This document shows positions 16,963-26,122 of a stretch of DNA of 55,285 bases, one piece after another. The notes below the pieces were generated by a model that saw nothing but the letters and a program-made list of their open reading frames with translations, was not told the DNA's origin and did no database searches. Location: the NCBI GenBank assembly GCA_037128175.1, contig JBAXWY010000015.1, positions 1 through 55,285 of the forward strand, given 5' to 3'. The position numbers and the translations under genes are program-made. The stretch's first letter is position 1. Every line of letters starts with the position of its first letter. The stretch comes from Methanothrix sp. (GTDB taxonomy: Archaea > Halobacteriota > Methanosarcinia > Methanotrichales > Methanotrichaceae).

Positions 16963-18213
16963 TCACAGAAACAGCCAGTAAACCAGCACGTTCAGCACCG
17001 TCAGAGGTACCCCTACCCTGGCAAACTCCAGGAAAGTGAGCGTCTCGCCGCTCTTCTCTGCATTTTGAATGATTATCACGTTGCTCGCCGCTCCCAAAAT
17101 AAAGAGATTTCCAGCGATGGTGCTTCCCGCGGCCAGGGCCATCAGCGCCTGCGGGGAAGGATTGATCAGCAGCGGCTGGCAGAGGGCCACCAGTGGCACA
17201 TTGGAGATGAGCTGGCTTAAGAGGACAGAAAGCGCCAGAATGGTGGGAATGGAGGCCAGATCGGCATTTGATCCGACCAGAAGAGACTGAAAGATTCCCG
17301 ACCTCCAGACCGCGTCCATGAGGACGAACATGGACGCAAAAAAGATCAGAGTGCACCAGTCGATGTTTCTCAGAACCTTGTATCTTTTGCTGCTGAAAAG
17401 AAGGATGGGCAGCGCCGAGATGAGGGCGATGTAGGTCAGCCGAAACTCTCCGCCGCCCCCCACGCCAAGGATTACGGCTCCTATCTTGGCCAGGATCAGT
17501 GCTATGAGCAGAACGAAGGATATGCGGGAGAGACGAGCTAATGCCGGGTCCGAGATCTCTTCACGGCTGATCTGCAGCGATCTGTTCTGAAACTGCTCTT
17601 TGTAGAAAAGTCGGAGCAGCAGATAGGCCAGCAAAAGGTTGGCAATAGTAGGCAGCAGCAGATACTGCAAAAAGACGAGAAAGGGATTGGATAGATTTGC
17701 ATTGACGGCAATGAGCAGATTTTGCGGGTTGCCGATGGGGCTCATGGCGCTGCCGATGGTCACGGCAAAGGCCAAAGTCAGGAGCAATAGCTTGGGGGCG
17801 ATCTTGAGCGTCCGGGCAAAGTAGAGCATGAGCGGCGTGCCGATGATAGCTATTGTGTCATTCATGAGCAGAGCCGAGAGAAAGCCCATGGCAAAAAGGA
17901 TGAGAAGCAAAAGCTGATCCAGATTCCTGGCCTTGCCAAAGAATCGATTGAACAGATATAGAAGATAGCCGCTCTCCTGAAGGGACTCGCCAATGACGAA
18001 CATCGCTCCCAGAAATATCATTACATCCAGATTTATGGCGCGAGCGGCATCTTCTAGCGAGATCTGGCCTGTGAAGAGAACCGTCAGGGCGCCCAGCAGC
18101 ATAATCTGCCAGATGGCAAGGCTATTCTTGCCCACCTGCCGAACAGCGATGAGGACGAAAACCGCAGCTAAAGCCATGACAGAAATATTAGCGTAATTTA
18201 CAGCTTCAAGCAT
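16963..18213 (-). CDS. SLC13/ArsB/NhaD-type anion transporter
   Basis: Multi-TM; LMNDT, SPIGNPQN, SNVP and AGNL..LGAASNVII motifs. Confidence 0.9.
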   Translation of the reverse strand: MLEAVNYANISVMALAAVFVLIAVRQVGKNSLAIWQIMLLGALTVLFTGQISLEDAARAINLDVMIFLGAMFVIGESLQESGYLLYLFNRFFGKARNLDQLLLLILFAMGFLSALLMNDTIAIIGTPLMLYFARTLKIAPKLLLLTLAFAVTIGSAMSPIGNPQNLLIAVNANLSNPFLVFLQYLLLPTIANLLLAYLLLRLFYKEQFQNRSLQISREEISDPALARLSRISFVLLIALILAKIGAVILGVGGGGEFRLTYIALISALPILLFSSKRYKVLRNIDWCTLIFFASMFVLMDAVWRSGIFQSLLVGSNADLASIPTILALSVLLSQLISNVPLVALCQPLLINPSPQALMALAAGSTIAGNLFILGAASNVIIIQNAEKSGETLTFLEFARVGVPLTVLNVLVYWLFL

Positions 18214-18387
18214 TTAGTTTTCCTTTTTTTTCATTGTCCTGTGTCCCTTTGCGTAACTGCTTCTCCACTACTCAAAGATAAAGTTCTTCTTTGCAGGCGA
18301 GAAAACATCAATCCCGTTTTTTCGAAACGGATGCTGCGTAGTGATAATTGTAATATATATTCCTGACCGACACCCTTATAGCTTGCG

Positions 18388-18483
18388 ATAATGCTACATG
18401 CTACCACACACCACAGCTTTCCCCTGGAAAGCTCGCAATATGTGTGTAGGCTGGCAGAATAGACTGCAATCGGGCAGCATTAT
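18388..18483 (+). ncRNA. Candidate structured 5' leader (riboswitch-like) of the symporter operon
   Basis: Nested stems ATAATGCT/AGCATTAT, CTAC(C)ACACA/TGTGTGTAG, AGCTTTCC/GGAAAGCT and GCAG/CTGC, ending just before the RBS. Confidence 0.4.
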
Positions 18484-18497
18484 GGTTGGTGATAATC

Positions 18498-18686
18498 GTG
18501 CTTGGCATTGATGATCCTTGGATCTGGGGAGTCTATCTTCTTTGTATCATTAGCGCGCTTTTATGCGTGATTTACGGTATCGTAAACTGGAATCGAGAAG
18601 GAGAACTGGAGGCTTCAGAGATAAAAGAGGAGGCCGCCTGGGAAGAGCATGAAGAAGAAATGCAGGAAAAAGAGTTGGGAATGTGA
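18498..18686 (+). CDS. Symporter small accessory protein
   Basis: MLGIDDPWIWGVYLLCI...YGIVNWN, one TM helix plus acidic tail, directly upstream of the SSS gene. Confidence 0.85.
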   Translation: MLGIDDPWIWGVYLLCIISALLCVIYGIVNWNREGELEASEIKEEAAWEEHEEEMQEKELGM

Positions 18687-18692
18687 TCTAAA

Positions 18693-20279
18693 ATGAATCT
18701 TCTTCTACTAAATGTCATTATTCTAATCTACCTTCTTGCCACCCTCTATCTGGGTTACAGAGGTTGGAAATCAACCAAGGACTCAGAGGGCTACCTGGTG
18801 GCGGGCAGATCGACCCACCCCTACATCATGGCCATGAGCTACGGTGCCACCTTCATCAGCACCTCGGCCATCGTCGGATTCGGCGGCACAGCCGGCCTCT
18901 TTGGCATGGGCCTGCTGTGGCTTACATTGCTCAATATCTTTGTGGGCATCTTTTTGGCCTTCATCGTCTACGGCAAGAGAACCCGGAAGATTGGCCACAA
19001 CCTCAATGCCATGACCTTCCCCGAGCTCTTGGGCAGGCGATTTGACAGCAAATTCATCCAGTATTTCAGCGGCATTGTCATCTTCCTGGGCATGCCGCTC
19101 TACGCTTCCGTTGTCCTGATCGGGGCAGCGCGCTTCATGGAGACGACTCTTGCCATAGATTTCGATGTGGCATTGCTTATTTACTCCGTGATAATCGCAG
19201 CCTACGTGATTTGGGGGGGACTACGCGGTGTCATGTATACCGATGCCATGCAGGGAACCATCATGTTCGTAGGCATGGTATTTCTCCTGATCATGACCTA
19301 CAGCCATCTGGGAGGATTGACTGCTGCCCACCAGGCCCTCACCAATTTAGCGCACCTGGTTCCAGCCAAGCTGGCTGCCCAGGGACACACCGGCTGGACA
19401 TCGATGCCCTCCTTCGGCAGCACCTGGTGGTGGACGCTGGTATCTACCATTGTCATGGGCGTGGGCATAGGAGTTTTGGCCATGCCTCAGCTTGTAGTTC
19501 GGTTTATGACTGTAAAATCCAATCGCGAACTGAACCGGGGCGTTCTGATTGGCGGCATATTCATTTTAGCCATGACGGGTGTAGCCTTCGTGGTAGGGTC
19601 TTTATCTAATGTTTTCTTCTACCAGACCCAGGGAAACATATCCGTGAACATCGCCAAGGGCAACGTGGACAGCATAATTCCCCTCTACATCAACGCGGCA
19701 ACTCCTGAGTGGTTCGTCTACCTCTTCATGCTCACGCTTCTGGCGGCGGCCATGTCCACATCCAGCTCTCAGTTTCATGCTCAGGGAACAGCTATCGGCA
19801 GAGATATCTATGAGACGATAACCAACAAAAAAGGCAGCGGATCGATATTGATTACGAGAATGGGAATAATGCTTGCCATCGTTATCGCCTTGATCCTGGG
19901 CTACATTCTCCCTGAGAACATAATAGCTCGCGGCACGGCAATTTTCTTCGGCCTGTGTGCTGCTGCCTTTTTGCCCATGTACACCAGTGCACTTTACTGG
20001 AAGGGAGCAACCAAAGCTGGAGCTATTGCTGGCCTCGTCACCGGCACGTTTGTGACCGTCTTTTGGTATCTGTTCATCCATAAAGCCGAGGCTGTGCCTC
20101 TGGGGATATGCAAGATGCTCTTAGGCCGGGATGTGCTGGTGGCTTCGATGCCCTGGCCGGTGGTAGACCCGATATTAGTAGCCCTACCGCTGGCGATACT
20201 GGCAACTGTGATCGTAAGCCTGATGACCAAGAGACCGAGCGATAGACATCTGGAGGAATGCTTCAAAGGAATTAAATAA
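18693..20279 (+). CDS. Sodium:solute symporter (SSS family)
   Basis: 528 aa, ~13 TM; YLVAGR, GGLRGVMYTD.MQG, PQLVVRF and AAAMST. Confidence 0.95.
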   Translation: MNLLLLNVIILIYLLATLYLGYRGWKSTKDSEGYLVAGRSTHPYIMAMSYGATFISTSAIVGFGGTAGLFGMGLLWLTLLNIFVGIFLAFIVYGKRTRKIGHNLNAMTFPELLGRRFDSKFIQYFSGIVIFLGMPLYASVVLIGAARFMETTLAIDFDVALLIYSVIIAAYVIWGGLRGVMYTDAMQGTIMFVGMVFLLIMTYSHLGGLTAAHQALTNLAHLVPAKLAAQGHTGWTSMPSFGSTWWWTLVSTIVMGVGIGVLAMPQLVVRFMTVKSNRELNRGVLIGGIFILAMTGVAFVVGSLSNVFFYQTQGNISVNIAKGNVDSIIPLYINAATPEWFVYLFMLTLLAAAMSTSSSQFHAQGTAIGRDIYETITNKKGSGSILITRMGIMLAIVIALILGYILPENIIARGTAIFFGLCAAAFLPMYTSALYWKGATKAGAIAGLVTGTFVTVFWYLFIHKAEAVPLGICKMLLGRDVLVASMPWPVVDPILVALPLAILATVIVSLMTKRPSDRHLEECFKGIK

Positions 20280-20393
20280 TTTATTATTACGACTTTTTTT
20301 GTTTTTTTCCCGCTATTTCGGCATAGATAATCGATGATGATGGAAAAGCTAAAAGCTTATGCCATATTGCAGATGTCCTGGAGATGACATTAA

Positions 20394-20810
20394 ATGAAGT
20401 TGATCGCGGCAGTGGCCGTTTTAATTATGCTCATATTAGCTGTTCCTTCCGCACTCGGGGAGATGACCGACTACCAGAGAGGAGTGGCTAATGGGCTGAG
20501 GATAGGACTGTTCATGGGCGAATATCATGGAAAAGGCCAGTACGTAATGGAATCTGCCGGGCAGTTTAATACCTATCTGGAAAACTATAATCAGTTTCTT
20601 TGGACTTCTTTTGCCAACAACCAGAGCTTGATTAATGATTTCATGCTCTCACCCATTGCCGTGGGGCTCCGATCTTCGAGCACGGGAGTTTTGAAACCTG
20701 ATGCCAGCGGCAGAGTTCTTGGCTATCCTGCGGATTCTTACTTCACATGGATTGGGGCGGTTCCAGGAACGACACCCCTAAACCCAGGAGATGCGCTCCC
20801 CGGTGTGTAG
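20394..20810 (+). CDS. Secreted hypothetical protein
   Basis: Signal peptide MKLIAAVAVLIMLILAVPSALG; GGAG RBS. Confidence 0.75.
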   Translation: MKLIAAVAVLIMLILAVPSALGEMTDYQRGVANGLRIGLFMGEYHGKGQYVMESAGQFNTYLENYNQFLWTSFANNQSLINDFMLSPIAVGLRSSSTGVLKPDASGRVLGYPADSYFTWIGAVPGTTPLNPGDALPGV

Positions 20811-20811
20811 A

Positions 20812-21843
20812 ATGCAGCTAGGTCTGCCAATTCGCCTGGGCAAGAAAAATTGGCTGATAGTCTTCACGCTAGCCCTTGCCATGTTGCTTTCTTACTACAT
20901 CTGGCCGCTTCTCGACGGCCTGGTCCTGGGCCTCGTCTTCGCCTACGTGGGCCGACCGGTGCGTGATCTATTCGGAGAGAAGCGGCGCATCGGTTCCTTG
21001 GCGGCCATCATCTGCATTGTCGTTCCGCTCTCTGCGATCTTTGCCACAGGAGTTGTCGAGACTTCAAACCAGATCAGGTGGCTGGAGAGCCACGAAAGGG
21101 AGATCGTCACTCTTATTTTTGAGTTTGTCTCCCGGGTCCATATTCCGCAAGCAATATTCGATGAAATATCGCGGGGCATGGCCAACCTAATGGGAATGGG
21201 CATCAATCTCTTAGCCAGCCTGCCCGTCTTCAGCCTGGGCTCAACCATAACCCTTGGCATTATCAATTTCTTGATCGCATTTTGCGTCTGCTACTTTTTA
21301 TTGCTTGATGGAGACCGACTCTCTCAGGCAGTAAGGGAGCTTTTCCATCTGGAAGACGGCAGCTTTGAGCTGCGCTGCCTGGCCAGAATAGATAGCATTC
21401 TTTGCGGAGTTTACATGGGCAGCATCTACACCGCCATAGCGGGCGGGATTACATCGGTCGCCATCTTTTATTTATTTGCCGTTCCCCGGCCCTTCGCCAT
21501 GGCCAGCATCGTCTTCCTGGCGGGAATGGTGCCCTTTCTGACCTGGCTGATCTTCATACCCACGGCAGTAGGCCGATACATTGAGATGGGGCCCATGGAT
21601 GCCGCTCTCTTCTTCCTGGCCGCCTCGATTCTGGTTCATATCGCGGAACTGGTCATCCGGCCTTACATCGTCTACACCAAGTCCTCGCTGCATCCTCTGT
21701 TGGTGCTGCTTGCCTTCCTGGGCGGCGGCCTTGTCGCCGGAATCTCCGGCTTCTTCCTGGCTCCGGCAATGGTTGGCGTGGTGACCGGTATCTTTCGGGT
21801 GATGACGGAAGATCGGGCGAAAAGGAACAATGAATCATCTTGA
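20812..21843 (+). CDS. AI-2E (UPF0118) family transporter
   Basis: Multi-TM; YFLLLDG, IRPYI and LHPLLVLLAFLGG...GFFLAP motifs. Confidence 0.9.
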   Translation: MQLGLPIRLGKKNWLIVFTLALAMLLSYYIWPLLDGLVLGLVFAYVGRPVRDLFGEKRRIGSLAAIICIVVPLSAIFATGVVETSNQIRWLESHEREIVTLIFEFVSRVHIPQAIFDEISRGMANLMGMGINLLASLPVFSLGSTITLGIINFLIAFCVCYFLLLDGDRLSQAVRELFHLEDGSFELRCLARIDSILCGVYMGSIYTAIAGGITSVAIFYLFAVPRPFAMASIVFLAGMVPFLTWLIFIPTAVGRYIEMGPMDAALFFLAASILVHIAELVIRPYIVYTKSSLHPLLVLLAFLGGGLVAGISGFFLAPAMVGVVTGIFRVMTEDRAKRNNESS

Positions 21844-21888
21844 TCTGCAAAACCCTTTTCAGCTTTGCCAAATAGGAGATTTTAAGAG

Positions 21889-22239
21889 GTGGATCAAATG
21901 AAATCTGCGTTAATTATAATAATAGCTTTAACTTTAGTATCGGTCGGATTAATCTCCGCCGCACCGGATGATGAGATTCTGCAGTTCGCCAGGGGCGTCC
22001 TGGCCAACGAATATTATGAGAGGACAGCCAGCATAAATGGCGAGAACCTGTCCATTCAAGGCAACCTCAGCGAGTTCAGTGACGGCGGCGTGGATACCAT
22101 CGGGTACGAGCTGCAGAATATGGCAGCAAGTGCAAAAAAGATAGTCGATGAGTATCCGGATCGGTTCCATCAATTGGATTTTAAGCTATTCGATTTTTCC
22201 GGCAACAAAATCGTGGGAATAATGCGTATATTTGCGTAA
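21889..22239 (+). CDS. Secreted hypothetical protein
   Basis: Signal peptide MKSALIIIIALTLVSVGLISA; start may be ATG 21898. Confidence 0.7.
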   Translation: MDQMKSALIIIIALTLVSVGLISAAPDDEILQFARGVLANEYYERTASINGENLSIQGNLSEFSDGGVDTIGYELQNMAASAKKIVDEYPDRFHQLDFKLFDFSGNKIVGIMRIFA

Positions 22240-22322
22240 AGACCTCATCTTTCTCTTAGATTTTTTTCAAATCCAATCAGGAGCAATCCGTATATACTTT
22301 GCCAAAGTTATAATAAATTTGA

Positions 22323-23342
22323 ATGGAAGAATGCAGCCGCCTTTCTCTTGTTGCAGAAATGATTCGCGACCATATCTCACTGGACGGAATTGACCGATAT
22401 CTTGCCGAGACGGGTGTGCAAAGCAGCGACTTCGTGCCCGTGCAGCCCAGTGACTTTGCCGGAGAGATATTCGCTGTGGACGGCTCCAATGTCTCCATCT
22501 GCAACTGGTCGACGGCCAATGTGAACCTGATCCGGGCGGGCTATGCCGTCTACCGGGGAAGAGATTGGAGGCGCACCGTCATCACCTTTGATGATATCAT
22601 GCTGGCCGATGCGAAGCTGTGCAAAAACATGTTCGACCTCGATCTGGATCAATTCTTCGGCCTGAATGGAGTCGATCTCAAGGAATCTGATCTTGATCGA
22701 CTCTCCAGCTACTACAGGGAGCTGCAGGAATATGTGGCTATAAATGATGCCCTGAGCGAATCCCATGCTGGAGACATCATCCTTTACGACGGCAGCTTTG
22801 ACGTCTTTGAACTTCTGAGGGGTGCTCTTGCCGTCATCTTCGCCAGGGCAGAGGAAAAGGGCGTCGCCCTTCTGGCCGTGGCCAAGTCCAGCACCCTCTT
22901 CTGGGGCGAGGAGATCACCCTTCCCTTTGTGCAGCATACCGGCATGATCGGAAGCGGGCTTTTTCCAGGAGCTGCCTGGTTTGTCAGCCTCAAGGATAAG
23001 AAGGTGGATGCGGGCCAGGGCAGATGGAACGGCGAGACCTACGTCGTTCGCTTTTGCGGGAAGTCCGAGCATGCCTTCCGGGTGGATGCGCCTTCCTTCC
23101 TCCAGGAAGAAATGGGATCGGTTCTGGGAAAGCTGGCCGCCTACTCATGCTCATCAGAGTGCCTGGGATATCCTCATGCCCTTTTCCGGGCGCACCGGGA
23201 TATCAGGATCACCGAGCAAGAAGGAGCAGCCGTGCGCCAGAAACTCATGGCGCATCTCTTGGAGCGCGGAATGACTCATTCGGAGATAAGAATGCTTATG
23301 CAGGACTTCCACGACATCCTGGAGATGAGGTCTGGATTTTAA
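22323..23342 (+). CDS. nurA: DNA double-strand break repair nuclease NurA
   Basis: AVDGS, LYDGS, AVAKSS and GYPHALFRAH motifs; first gene of the repair operon. Confidence 0.9.
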   Translation: MEECSRLSLVAEMIRDHISLDGIDRYLAETGVQSSDFVPVQPSDFAGEIFAVDGSNVSICNWSTANVNLIRAGYAVYRGRDWRRTVITFDDIMLADAKLCKNMFDLDLDQFFGLNGVDLKESDLDRLSSYYRELQEYVAINDALSESHAGDIILYDGSFDVFELLRGALAVIFARAEEKGVALLAVAKSSTLFWGEEITLPFVQHTGMIGSGLFPGAAWFVSLKDKKVDAGQGRWNGETYVVRFCGKSEHAFRVDAPSFLQEEMGSVLGKLAAYSCSSECLGYPHALFRAHRDIRITEQEGAAVRQKLMAHLLERGMTHSEIRMLMQDFHDILEMRSGF

Positions 23343-23392
23343 AAAATAGGGAGAATATAAGTGGCGACAACGCAAGAGGAGGACCAGTCCGC

Positions 23393-24967
23393 ATGGGAGA
23401 AAGCCTGTTGAATCGAAAGGTAATAATGAGTGGGGACACGACCTACAAAATCGTCTCCAAGAGCGTGACCGAATATCATTTCACTGTGCCTTTCATCCTT
23501 CCCGATGAGGAACGGGTAGAAGTGGGGCAAATATTCTCCATCAAAGACCAGGGCCTGACTTATCTCGCCCGCGTTCTGAACATAGAGCACAGCTCCAACT
23601 ATGACGGCCACTGGGACACCACCATGAAAGGCACCCAGTTCTTCGATTCCGATCAGATCTTCAATCGCGTCATCGCCGAGCCTTTGGGCTGCATAAATAA
23701 AAGATTGGAGTTTAAAAAGTCCCGGACACTGCCCACAAAGTTCGCAACCGTTGTGCGAGCGGAGAAAGAGGAGTTTAAGTTTTTAAGCCAGGTTATGGGA
23801 GACATCGAGGTAGGCTATCTGAGAAACGGCTCACGGCTGGTAGAAGAAATTCCTGTGGCCCTGCATAGCGAGGCCATGGACCACCACATGGGCGTCTTTG
23901 CCACCACTGGCATGGGCAAGTCCAACTTCATGAAGGTCTTTGCCGCCTCATGCATGCGACTGTTCGCGCGGGGCGAGTCCAAGTTCGGCCTTCTCATCGT
24001 CGATCCCCACGGAGAATACCTGAAAGGCAAAAGCAAGGATCTTGTCAAAGGATTGACCCATCTCAGGAGGTACAGGGAGGGACTCGCCTGCTATTCCACA
24101 AACAAGCAGAACGCCTCCGATCCGGGCGTGGAGGAGCTGGCCATATCGGAAAGCGAGATTCTTCCAGAGGACATTGCTCTGCTCTATGATTGGTCGCCGC
24201 CGCAAAGAGATGCCCTGGAAGCCATTTCCAGGATTTTGGACCCGGCAAACTGGCTGGAAGAGATCCAAAGCCCGGAGGGCATGGCCCGCATGATGCAGGA
24301 AGGCTTCAAGGACAGCACGATCAATGTTTTGGTTCGAAGGATTAAAAATGAACTGGGAAGAAATCCGTACATCCGGAAAAGGTCCAGCCTGGCCAATATT
24401 CTGGCCAATCTGCAGAAAGGAAAGGTCGTACTGGTAGATATACCCAGGATGAGCGACCGATCTGAGCTTTTCTTGCTCTCCGTTATATCGCGCTATATCC
24501 TGGATGAGTACAAAAAGGACGAGCAAGAGGGCCAGGAGAGCCGCAAGAACTGCCTTATCACCATCGAGGAGGCACAGAGGGTTTTGGGCGCAGGCAGCAA
24601 CACGGCGCGCTTCGAGAGTATCGCCCGGGAAGGCCGCAAGTTCGGTGTGGGTCTTTGTGCCGTCACCCAGCAGCCCAAGCTCATCGACAAGCAACTGCTC
24701 TCCCAGTTCAACACTTTAGTGGTCATGGGCCTGGGGGACAAAAACGACCGCATGCAACTGGAAGAGTCGGCCAAGCAAGATCTCTCTTCCATGGATATCG
24801 AGATTCAGACTCTGGAGAAGGGCGAAGCTGTCGTATCTACCCTGAATATTCCTTTTCCCGTGCCCGCCAGGATACACCGCTACGAGGATTACTTGCGCCG
24901 TCTGGATAAGGAAGATAAGCAGGAGAGCCTTATCACCAGAGGCGGCTTCAAGCCGTTTTTGGATTAG
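23393..24967 (+). CDS. herA: HerA ATPase/helicase
   Basis: H.GVFATTGMGKS, VDPHGEY, IEEAQR and IAREGRKFGVGL..TQQP; start 23393 or 23426. Confidence 0.93.
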   Translation: MGESLLNRKVIMSGDTTYKIVSKSVTEYHFTVPFILPDEERVEVGQIFSIKDQGLTYLARVLNIEHSSNYDGHWDTTMKGTQFFDSDQIFNRVIAEPLGCINKRLEFKKSRTLPTKFATVVRAEKEEFKFLSQVMGDIEVGYLRNGSRLVEEIPVALHSEAMDHHMGVFATTGMGKSNFMKVFAASCMRLFARGESKFGLLIVDPHGEYLKGKSKDLVKGLTHLRRYREGLACYSTNKQNASDPGVEELAISESEILPEDIALLYDWSPPQRDALEAISRILDPANWLEEIQSPEGMARMMQEGFKDSTINVLVRRIKNELGRNPYIRKRSSLANILANLQKGKVVLVDIPRMSDRSELFLLSVISRYILDEYKKDEQEGQESRKNCLITIEEAQRVLGAGSNTARFESIAREGRKFGVGLCAVTQQPKLIDKQLLSQFNTLVVMGLGDKNDRMQLEESAKQDLSSMDIEIQTLEKGEAVVSTLNIPFPVPARIHRYEDYLRRLDKEDKQESLITRGGFKPFLD

Positions 24968-24979
24968 GAAGCCTAGCAC

Positions 24980-26122
24980 ATGAAGATAATTCATCTGGCC
25001 GATTCGCACCTTGGTTTTTCCAGCTACAGCCGCCTGGATGAGCATGGCCGAAATCGCATAGAAGAGATGGTGTATTCCGGTTTTGAGCAGGCCATCGAGA
25101 AGATCATAGATCTGCGACCGGATGCGGTAGTCCATGCCGGCGATGTCTTCCATCACGTTCGCCCCAAGATCAAGCCCCTGGTGGTCTTCCAGAGGGGCCT
25201 CTTTCGGCTTATGGAAGATGGCATACCTGTGATTATAATCAGCGGCAATCACGATGCTCCCAAGAGCTTCTCATCCACCAGCCCCTTCCGCCTTTTTGAA
25301 GGTCTGCGAGAAGTGCATATCGCCCAGAGGTATGTGTATGAAAGAGTTGAAGTGGGAGACCATTATTTCCATTGCATACCCTTCTGCCTGGAGCCGCAGG
25401 ACTACCTGACCGAGTTTGAGAAGATAGAACCTTCGGGAAGAGATGTGCTGGTCATGCACGGCCTGGTGGAGTCGCTCCAGAACAAAAAGATGAGGAGCGT
25501 GGGAGAGCATGAGCTAAAGGACAGCTTCCTCAAAAGCGATTTTGACTATATTGCTCTGGGCCACTTTCATGGACAGGCACAGCTTTCCCAGAACGCCTGG
25601 TACAGCGGCTCGCTGGAGTACTTCAACTTCGGCGAGGCCATGGATATGAAAGGAATGCTGCTGGTGGACACAGAGTGCGGAAAAGCCGAGAATGTGCCGG
25701 TAAAGCCCAAATACATGATCGATCACCCGGCCATAGATTGCAGCGGCATGCGCGCGGAGGAGATCGGGCAGTGCCTGCTGGAGCTATGCCGGGAGGATGA
25801 AATCAGAGACAAAATGGTGCGCATCAATCTCAAAAACGTGAGCCGTGCAGCTTACCGGAGCATAGATCAGACAAGGTTGAATCAACTGGGTGCCTCTGCC
25901 CTTTACTTCAAGATCAGGCCGGAGTTTGCAGATGTTGAGGAGCATTTCGAGCGGCCCGTTGATCGCCGAACGCTGCACGAGGAGTTTTCCGGCTACCTGG
26001 AGGAGGAATCCTCACGAGAACTGATACCGGCAAAGATTAAGGATGAGATAGTCTCCTATGGATCGGAGATTATGAAGAAGGCCGTACTGGCCAGGCATAA
26101 AGAGGCATTGGATGCATCTTAA
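24980..26122 (+). CDS. mre11: Mre11 nuclease
   Basis: DSHLG, AGDVFH, SGNHD, MHG and ALGHFH phosphoesterase motifs. Confidence 0.95.
   Translation: MKIIHLADSHLGFSSYSRLDEHGRNRIEEMVYSGFEQAIEKIIDLRPDAVVHAGDVFHHVRPKIKPLVVFQRGLFRLMEDGIPVIIISGNHDAPKSFSSTSPFRLFEGLREVHIAQRYVYERVEVGDHYFHCIPFCLEPQDYLTEFEKIEPSGRDVLVMHGLVESLQNKKMRSVGEHELKDSFLKSDFDYIALGHFHGQAQLSQNAWYSGSLEYFNFGEAMDMKGMLLVDTECGKAENVPVKPKYMIDHPAIDCSGMRAEEIGQCLLELCREDEIRDKMVRINLKNVSRAAYRSIDQTRLNQLGASALYFKIRPEFADVEEHFERPVDRRTLHEEFSGYLEEESSRELIPAKIKDEIVSYGSEIMKKAVLARHKEALDAS

Noticed and set aside
23024-23392. Long N-terminal extension of HerA in the ORF track
   Set aside because: Overlaps nurA in another frame; RBS-supported starts lie at 23393/23426
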